A DNA stretch of 32,000 nt from Planctomycetales bacterium (GTDB taxonomy: Bacteria > 4484-113 > JAFGCY01). Of this stretch, positions 26,672 through 32,000 are shown piece by piece. The DNA lies in contig CP060262.1 of assembly GCA_022646745.1 (NCBI GenBank), positions 2,550,001 through 2,582,000 of the forward strand, in the 5' to 3' direction. The position numbers and the translations under genes are program-made. How positions within the stretch are numbered: position 1 is the stretch's first letter; each line of letters opens with the position of its first letter. The notes below the pieces were generated by a model. That model saw only the letters and a list, made by a program, of their open reading frames with translations. It had not been told where the DNA came from and made no database searches.

Positions 26672-28963
26672 ATGACTATCAGGATTGCTTCCCCTTCCAC
26701 GCTTTGCCGTCTGCTTGTCGGACTGCTCATCTGCGCGATGCTTGCGTCCTGCAACGACGGAACCAAGACGGAAGGAGCCGGCGGCAACACTGCGGTCACG
26801 ATTGACGGCGGCGGAAAGCAGGAAGGAGCAGGATCAGTGGACGCTGAAGGACGCAAGGCCAACCACCTAGCAGGTGAGAATTCGCTCTACCTGCAGCAGC
26901 ACATGTTCAACCCGGTGGACTGGTACCCCTGGAATGATGAAGCGCTCGACCGTGCGGTTGAGGAGAACAAGCTGATCTTCCTGTCAGTGGGTTACAGCTC
27001 CTGCCACTGGTGCCATGTGATGGAGGAGGATGTGTTCGAGGACCAGGCCGTGGCCGACTACCTCAATGAGCACTACATCTGCATCAAGGTGGACCGCGAG
27101 GAACGCCCGGACATTGATGCCACCTACCAGCCCGCACTGGCTGGCCTGGCGGGCGAAAGCGGCTGGCCGCTGAACATCTTCCTCACCCCGGCGAAGAAGC
27201 CGGTGACGGGCTGCACCTACCGCACCAGCCAGGAGTTCATGGCGCTGGCCGAGCGCGTGACGCAGGTCTGGGAGGAGAACCGCGAGGATCTGCTGGACCA
27301 GAGTGACCAGGTGGCCTCATTCGTGGCGATGCTGCCCGAGACCGGTGAAGCAGCGGACATCGACCAGGCTCTGCTGGATGAGATCGTGGCCGCCGCCGGG
27401 CCGATCTTCGATGAGACCTGGGGCGGCTTCATGCAGCAGCAGAAGTTCCCCACGCCGGTGCGCTGGCAGTTCATCATGCACTACTTCCGCAAGACCGGCG
27501 ATGAGAAGGCCAAGCAGATGCTGGTCAAGACGCTGGACGAGATGATGCGCGGCGGACTGTACGACCACATCGGCGGCGGCTTCCACCGCTACACCGTGGA
27601 TGAGAGCTGGACCGTGCCGCACTTCGAGAAGCTGCTGTATGACAATGCGCAGCTGGCCAGCCTCTACATTGAAGCCGGCGAGCTGTTTGACGACGAGCGC
27701 TACCGCTTCGTGGCAAAGGACACCCTGGACTTCATGTTGCGCGAGATGCAGGACCCGCAGGGTGGCTTCTACTCGAGCTTTGATGCCGACAGTGACGGGA
27801 TCGAGGGCAGCTTCTACTGCTTCACGCCCGATGAGATGGTCACGATCGCCGGGGAGAAGGATGGTGCCGCGCTCAACGCGCTGTTCGGTATCACGCCGGA
27901 GGGCAACTTCGCGGACTACCACGGCAAGATTGCCAACGTGACCGTGCTCAGCCGCCGGGCCAAGCCGGAGAAGGTGATGGAGGCCAGCGGCCTGAGCAGC
28001 GAGGAAGTGGATGGGCTGTTTGACAAGTACCGCCAGCAGATCCGCGACTACCGTGCCAAGCGCATCCCGCCGACACTTGATAAAAAGGTTGTCACTTCAT
28101 GGAACGGTCTGACCCTCAGTGCCTTCAGTGCGGCCTACTCGGCCTACGGTGATGACAAGTACAGGGAAGCTGCTGAGGGAATCCGACAGTACATCAGTTC
28201 AACGCACATGAAGGGCAATCCGACCGGAGCCCTGTACCGCGCCAGCACCGAGCATGACCCGGTCGGCGATGCGATGCTGGATGACTACGCAAACTTTGCC
28301 AACGGCTGCTTCGACCTGTACCAGGCGACTGGTGACGCCGATGCGCTGGCGATCGGTGTCGAGGCCGTGACCTTCGCCAACGAGCACTTCCGCGCGGAGG
28401 ACGCCGTCTGGTACATGACAGCCGACTACGTTGAGCAGCCGCTCGGACGCCGCATCGAGGTGTATGACACCGTTGAGCCCTGCGGCATCAGCCAGATGCT
28501 GAAGGCCCTGCTGAAGGTGGCATCGCTCACCGGTGAGGCGGAGTACTTCGAGACCGTCAGCGCCGACCTGGCGGCCTACCACCTGCAGATTGCCAACTTC
28601 GTTGAGGACCCGAACAGCGGCATGCGCTTCTCCAACGGGCTCGAGATGGCCAACTGGCTGGATGCCGCGCTGTTGTCCAACGGGCCGTACTACGAGCTGG
28701 TTGTCGCAGGTGACCCGGCGGACCCGGCTACGCAGGAGATGCTGGCGATCGCCCGCAGCGGTGGCCGCAACTACGTGCTGCCGATGCAGGTTCCGGCCGC
28801 TGGCCCCGATGCCAACACCCTGTCTCGCCAGCCCGTGCTGCAGGGCAAGCAGCAGGCCGGTGACAAGCCGACGGCCTTCGTCTGCAAGAAGGGATCATGC
28901 AATGCGCCGACAAGCGACCCGCAGGAGATGCTGAAGCAGATCAGCAGCGGCTGGGTTCACTGA
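26672..28963 (+). CDS. Thioredoxin-domain protein of the DUF255/YyaL type (thioredoxin fold plus alpha/alpha-toroid domain), predicted lipoprotein
   Basis: NPVDWYPWNDEALDRAVEENKLIFLSVGYSSCHWCHVMEEDVFED...IKVDREERPDID is the DUF255 signature. The N-terminus LLVGLLICAMLASC has a lipobox (LASC). 763 aa. Confidence 0.85.
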   Translation: MTIRIASPSTLCRLLVGLLICAMLASCNDGTKTEGAGGNTAVTIDGGGKQEGAGSVDAEGRKANHLAGENSLYLQQHMFNPVDWYPWNDEALDRAVEENKLIFLSVGYSSCHWCHVMEEDVFEDQAVADYLNEHYICIKVDREERPDIDATYQPALAGLAGESGWPLNIFLTPAKKPVTGCTYRTSQEFMALAERVTQVWEENREDLLDQSDQVASFVAMLPETGEAADIDQALLDEIVAAAGPIFDETWGGFMQQQKFPTPVRWQFIMHYFRKTGDEKAKQMLVKTLDEMMRGGLYDHIGGGFHRYTVDESWTVPHFEKLLYDNAQLASLYIEAGELFDDERYRFVAKDTLDFMLREMQDPQGGFYSSFDADSDGIEGSFYCFTPDEMVTIAGEKDGAALNALFGITPEGNFADYHGKIANVTVLSRRAKPEKVMEASGLSSEEVDGLFDKYRQQIRDYRAKRIPPTLDKKVVTSWNGLTLSAFSAAYSAYGDDKYREAAEGIRQYISSTHMKGNPTGALYRASTEHDPVGDAMLDDYANFANGCFDLYQATGDADALAIGVEAVTFANEHFRAEDAVWYMTADYVEQPLGRRIEVYDTVEPCGISQMLKALLKVASLTGEAEYFETVSADLAAYHLQIANFVEDPNSGMRFSNGLEMANWLDAALLSNGPYYELVVAGDPADPATQEMLAIARSGGRNYVLPMQVPAAGPDANTLSRQPVLQGKQQAGDKPTAFVCKKGSCNAPTSDPQEMLKQISSGWVH

Positions 28964-30291
28964 GCAACCGGCTGCTCGTCAGGCGGGGCTGAGCTGTCCT
29001 GCCTGAGCAGGCGGTTGCACCACAGTGCGGTCAGCACCGCCCAGGCCAGCAGGCTGGCCCCGACGATCTGGTGGATGCTGGCACTCAGCACGTAGATGGT
29101 CGGCGGGTCCGCTGCGATTTCTGTATGGGTCGCGCTGTAGAGCTGGCCGGCCTTGGCCGCCACTCCGCGACCGACAAGCGCCCAGAAGCCCAGCAGCAGC
29201 TGCAGCACAACGATGCCGACGAGGCCGTTGCCAAGCAGTGCCAGCAGGGGCTGCCCCTCATAGCGGTTGGCGATGCGGATGCCGAGGAAGAAGGCATAGC
29301 CCACGATCAGCACGGCCAGGGTGATGTGCAGGTGGGTCTGCATGTCGATGTGGCGGATAAGTGAGCCAAGCGTGATCTGCACCAGCAGTGCTCCGACGAG
29401 GATGCGTGTCAACAGCTTGTCTGAGGCTGCACCGCGAGCCGCGATCGGTTCAACCGCGGATTTCCATGTCGTGCTGACCAGTGCGGCGATGGCCACGAAG
29501 GTGGCAAGCACCGCCTGGGCGAAGGAACCGTGCACGAAGGCCAGGGTCAGGTCATTGAGCTCCACGCGCTTGCCGCCGAAGATGCCCTGCACGATCACCA
29601 TCAGGAGCACGGTGAATCCCAGCACCTTGACCACGCGGCGTTTGTCCACGAGCGCCAGGTGGACCGCGAGGAAGATCGAGATCAGTCCGACGAGAGTACC
29701 GAGCAGGCGGTGGGCATGCTCGTAGTAGATCCCGCCGGTCATGCGCTCCAGCGGGAAGAGGAACATGTTCGTGCCGAAGGAGTTTGGCCAGTCCGGCACT
29801 GCCATCCCGGCGCGCTCCGAGGTGAGGATGCCGCCGGCGAACAGCAGGATGTAGGTGGCCGTGGCCGCAGTAATGGCGAAGATGCCTGTCCAGTTGCAGG
29901 GAGTACGGCTGCTGCTGTATCCCGCCTTGCCGGCCAGCGCTCCCAGCATGCAGATCAGGCCGTGCGCGATGATCGAAAGCGGCCCCCAGACCGCAATGCT
30001 GGGCACGCCTTCCACGTGCTCATTACCGACCACGCTGCCGAGGACCAGCAGGTTCACGATGCCCGCCAGCAGGCCGCTCATCAGGCCACCGGCGGCCCCG
30101 CGACCGCTGTAGCGGCCACTGGCCCAGCCGCCGGCCAGCAGGATGCCGATCATGATGAAGAACACGACGGCGGAATGTATGCCGGGCAGCAGGCGGGAGA
30201 TGTAGCCGCTGGCCCACATCGCCACCACCATTGCAAAGCCGATTGCCAGGATGTCTGAACGGCCCTGCGAACTCCGTTTCACTTCTGCCAT
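28957..30291 (-). CDS. ctaA: Heme A synthase (COX15/CtaA family) with an N-terminal extra-TM extension
   Basis: GGILTSERAGMAVPDWPNSFG...YYEHAHRLLG and later His-containing helices (LIRHIDMQTHLHITLAV) are typical of COX15/CtaA. I prefer ATG 30291-30289, preceded by GGAGGAAAGC, over the track start at 30315. Confidence 0.8.
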   Translation of the reverse strand: MAEVKRSSQGRSDILAIGFAMVVAMWASGYISRLLPGIHSAVVFFIMIGILLAGGWASGRYSGRGAAGGLMSGLLAGIVNLLVLGSVVGNEHVEGVPSIAVWGPLSIIAHGLICMLGALAGKAGYSSSRTPCNWTGIFAITAATATYILLFAGGILTSERAGMAVPDWPNSFGTNMFLFPLERMTGGIYYEHAHRLLGTLVGLISIFLAVHLALVDKRRVVKVLGFTVLLMVIVQGIFGGKRVELNDLTLAFVHGSFAQAVLATFVAIAALVSTTWKSAVEPIAARGAASDKLLTRILVGALLVQITLGSLIRHIDMQTHLHITLAVLIVGYAFFLGIRIANRYEGQPLLALLGNGLVGIVVLQLLLGFWALVGRGVAAKAGQLYSATHTEIAADPPTIYVLSASIHQIVGASLLAWAVLTALWCNRLLRQDSSAPPDEQPVAQ

Positions 30292-30469
30292 GCTTTCCTC
30301 CAATCTGGACAGCAAGCATTATCCCACCGGACCGCAGCACTGGCCAGCATGCGGCGGCCGCAGTATTGTGCGGTAAAATAGCCCGGCCACAGGCCTGCCC
30401 GGAAGTCCGCTCAGGCCGCATCAGTGCAAGCTTCAGCCTGCAGGGCTGGAGCACCCGGAAGTCTGATCA

Positions 30470-31414
30470 ATGCCACGAGAATCCATCAAGGGGCTGTTCA
30501 AGCTGGTTAAGTTCAACCTTAACCTGCTTGTGGTCATCACGACGCTGGTCGGCTTCCTGATCGCCTGCCGCGGGATGGTGCAATACCCGCTGCTCTGGTG
30601 GACCGTGGGCGGCACGCTGCTGGCGGCCTGCGGTAGCGCAGCGCTGAACCAGTACATGGAGCGCCACCGCGACGCGAAGATGGTGCGCACCCGCAAGCGC
30701 CCGATCCCCAGTGGCCTGTTCAGTCCGGAGGCTGCACTCGCGATCGGACTGCTGACGGGGCTGAGCGGAGTGGTGATGCTGGCGATCATGGTCAACTGGC
30801 TGACCGCCTTCCTCGCGCTGCTGACCCAGCTGATCTACCTGCTGTGGTACACCCCGATGAAGATCCGCAACCCGCTGAACACGTTGGTGGGCGGCATCTG
30901 CGGGGCGATCCCGCCGATGATGGGATTCAGTGCAGTCTACGGCTACCTGCCGCTCGGAGCCTGGCTGCTGGCGGCATTTCTGTTCGTCTGGCAGATCCCG
31001 CACTTCCTCGCCCTGAGCTGGATGTACCGCGAGGATTACAAGCACGGCGGCTACCAGATGCTCCCGGCCCAGGATCCGACGGCACGCTTCACTTTCCCGA
31101 TCATGCTCTACTACAGCCTGATCCTTCTGCCGATCGGCCTAAGCCTTACTGTCTTCGGCTACAGCGGCTGGTGGTACGGATATGGCTCGCTTCTGCTGGG
31201 AGCTGCTCTGGTCTACCTCGGATACAAGCTGGTGCGCGGCAAGCAGTACATGGACGCGCGCCGCTTGTTCTTCGCCACGGTGATCTACCTGCCGCTTATG
31301 CTGCTGCTGATGGTGCTGGACATCCAGCCCCATGGCCAGTCCGGCAATTTCCCGCCGGACACTGCTAGCATAAGTGGGGAAGCAGGTAGCAGCCCGGCGA
31401 CTGATCAGTACTGA
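30470..31414 (+). CDS. ctaB: Protoheme IX farnesyltransferase (heme O synthase)
   Basis: UbiA-family motifs: SAALNQYMERHRDAKMVRTRKRPIPSG and WQIPHFLALSWMYREDYKHGGYQMLP. Divergent from ctaA. Confidence 0.9.
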   Translation: MPRESIKGLFKLVKFNLNLLVVITTLVGFLIACRGMVQYPLLWWTVGGTLLAACGSAALNQYMERHRDAKMVRTRKRPIPSGLFSPEAALAIGLLTGLSGVVMLAIMVNWLTAFLALLTQLIYLLWYTPMKIRNPLNTLVGGICGAIPPMMGFSAVYGYLPLGAWLLAAFLFVWQIPHFLALSWMYREDYKHGGYQMLPAQDPTARFTFPIMLYYSLILLPIGLSLTVFGYSGWWYGYGSLLLGAALVYLGYKLVRGKQYMDARRLFFATVIYLPLMLLLMVLDIQPHGQSGNFPPDTASISGEAGSSPATDQY

Positions 31415-31452
31415 GCCGGAGCTGACAACGCAACGGGCAGGTAACCCAAGGG

Positions 31453-32000
31453 ATGAGCAAGCGAAGGGCAGATAACGGAAGCAGGCAGCTGGCCGTGCGC
31501 CTGGCGGGCTTCACGGCAATTGCCATCCTTCTCCTACTCCTGCTGTCAATGCGCCTGCCGGAACCCGTCTCCTTCAAGCTAAGCCAGGCAAGCCGCATGA
31601 ACGGCTTTTCACTGGCTGATCTGCTGGTGCCTCGTGAGCATATCCAGTCCCAGGAATTGACGCGGGACGAAATCGTACCGCTGGACATGCCTGAGGTCGT
31701 GGATGCCGAGGGCCTGGCGGAATTTAACTTCGACCGGCAGGCAGCCGGGCACTCTGAATTCCTCGATGGCCCGGACCGCATAGTCGGGCTTGAGCTCAAC
31801 GGTGAGAGCCGGGCCTACCCCGTTTCACTGCTTGCCATCCACCAGGTTGTCAATGACGAGCTGGGTGGTGTCCCGCTACTGGTCAGCTACTGCCCATGGT
31901 GCGATGCCGTGCTGGTATTCGACCGCCGGGTCGGGGAGGACGCCCTGATGTTTGCCGCCAGTGGACTGCTGTACAGCTCGAACATGCTGATGTATGACCG
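31453..32000 (+). CDS. DUF3179-domain protein, 5' part (runs off the window)
   Basis: Not in the ORF track because there is no stop in the window. ATG 31453 opens MSKRRADNGSRQLAVRLAGFTAIAILLLLLL (TM anchor). GLELNGESRAYPVSLLAIHQVVNDELGGVPLLVSYCPWCDAVLVFDRRV...SGLLYSSNMLMYD matches the DUF3179 pattern. Confidence 0.7.
   Translation, partial: MSKRRADNGSRQLAVRLAGFTAIAILLLLLLSMRLPEPVSFKLSQASRMNGFSLADLLVPREHIQSQELTRDEIVPLDMPEVVDAEGLAEFNFDRQAAGHSEFLDGPDRIVGLELNGESRAYPVSLLAIHQVVNDELGGVPLLVSYCPWCDAVLVFDRRVGEDALMFAASGLLYSSNMLMYD

Overview
GC-rich (about 60% by eye) bacterial chromosomal segment, densely coding, with about 30 protein genes. I found no rRNA, tRNA, CRISPR array, transposase, integrase or phage-like gene. 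Gene order, left to right: the 3' end of an unknown gene; a DUF4129/DUF4350 membrane-protein pair; an RbgA/YlqF-like GTPase; an orphan GspF/PilC platform gene plus a very large prepilin-type pilin with a strong terminator; a DUF2254 membrane protein; two tandem secreted proteins, each with two retropepsin-like (DTG) lobes; ychF; two tandem paralogous polytopic membrane proteins of unknown family; a divergent hybrid PAS histidine kinase with two receiver domains; ferritin and a secreted His-tailed protein; a dnaK-hsp20-grpE-dnaJ(no zinc finger)-hspR heat-shock operon; a small RanBP2-type zinc-finger protein; cysK-cysE; an exported thioredoxin-domain (DUF255/YyaL-like) lipoprotein; divergent ctaA/ctaB (heme A / heme O synthases); and the 5' part of a DUF3179 gene that the ORF track does not list. 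This looks like core housekeeping DNA, and I see no convincing new multi-gene system such as a defence island. The observations most worth follow-up are: (1) a 34-codon ORF with 5 Cys in its last 12 residues in the long cysK-cysE leader, whose Cys-Ser codons are the exact complement of the cysK Shine-Dalgarno, making it a candidate cysteine-sensing attenuator; (2) the tandem unknown membrane paralogs, where the lower-GC copy is exactly bracketed by a 21-nt direct repeat; (3) the tandem bilobed retropepsin-like proteins, one with Asp to Asn in its second catalytic motif; (4) a perfect RanBP2-type zinc-finger signature in a small protein after hspR. All family calls rest on motif recognition from memory, with no database search or folding program. 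Start codons are often uncertain.
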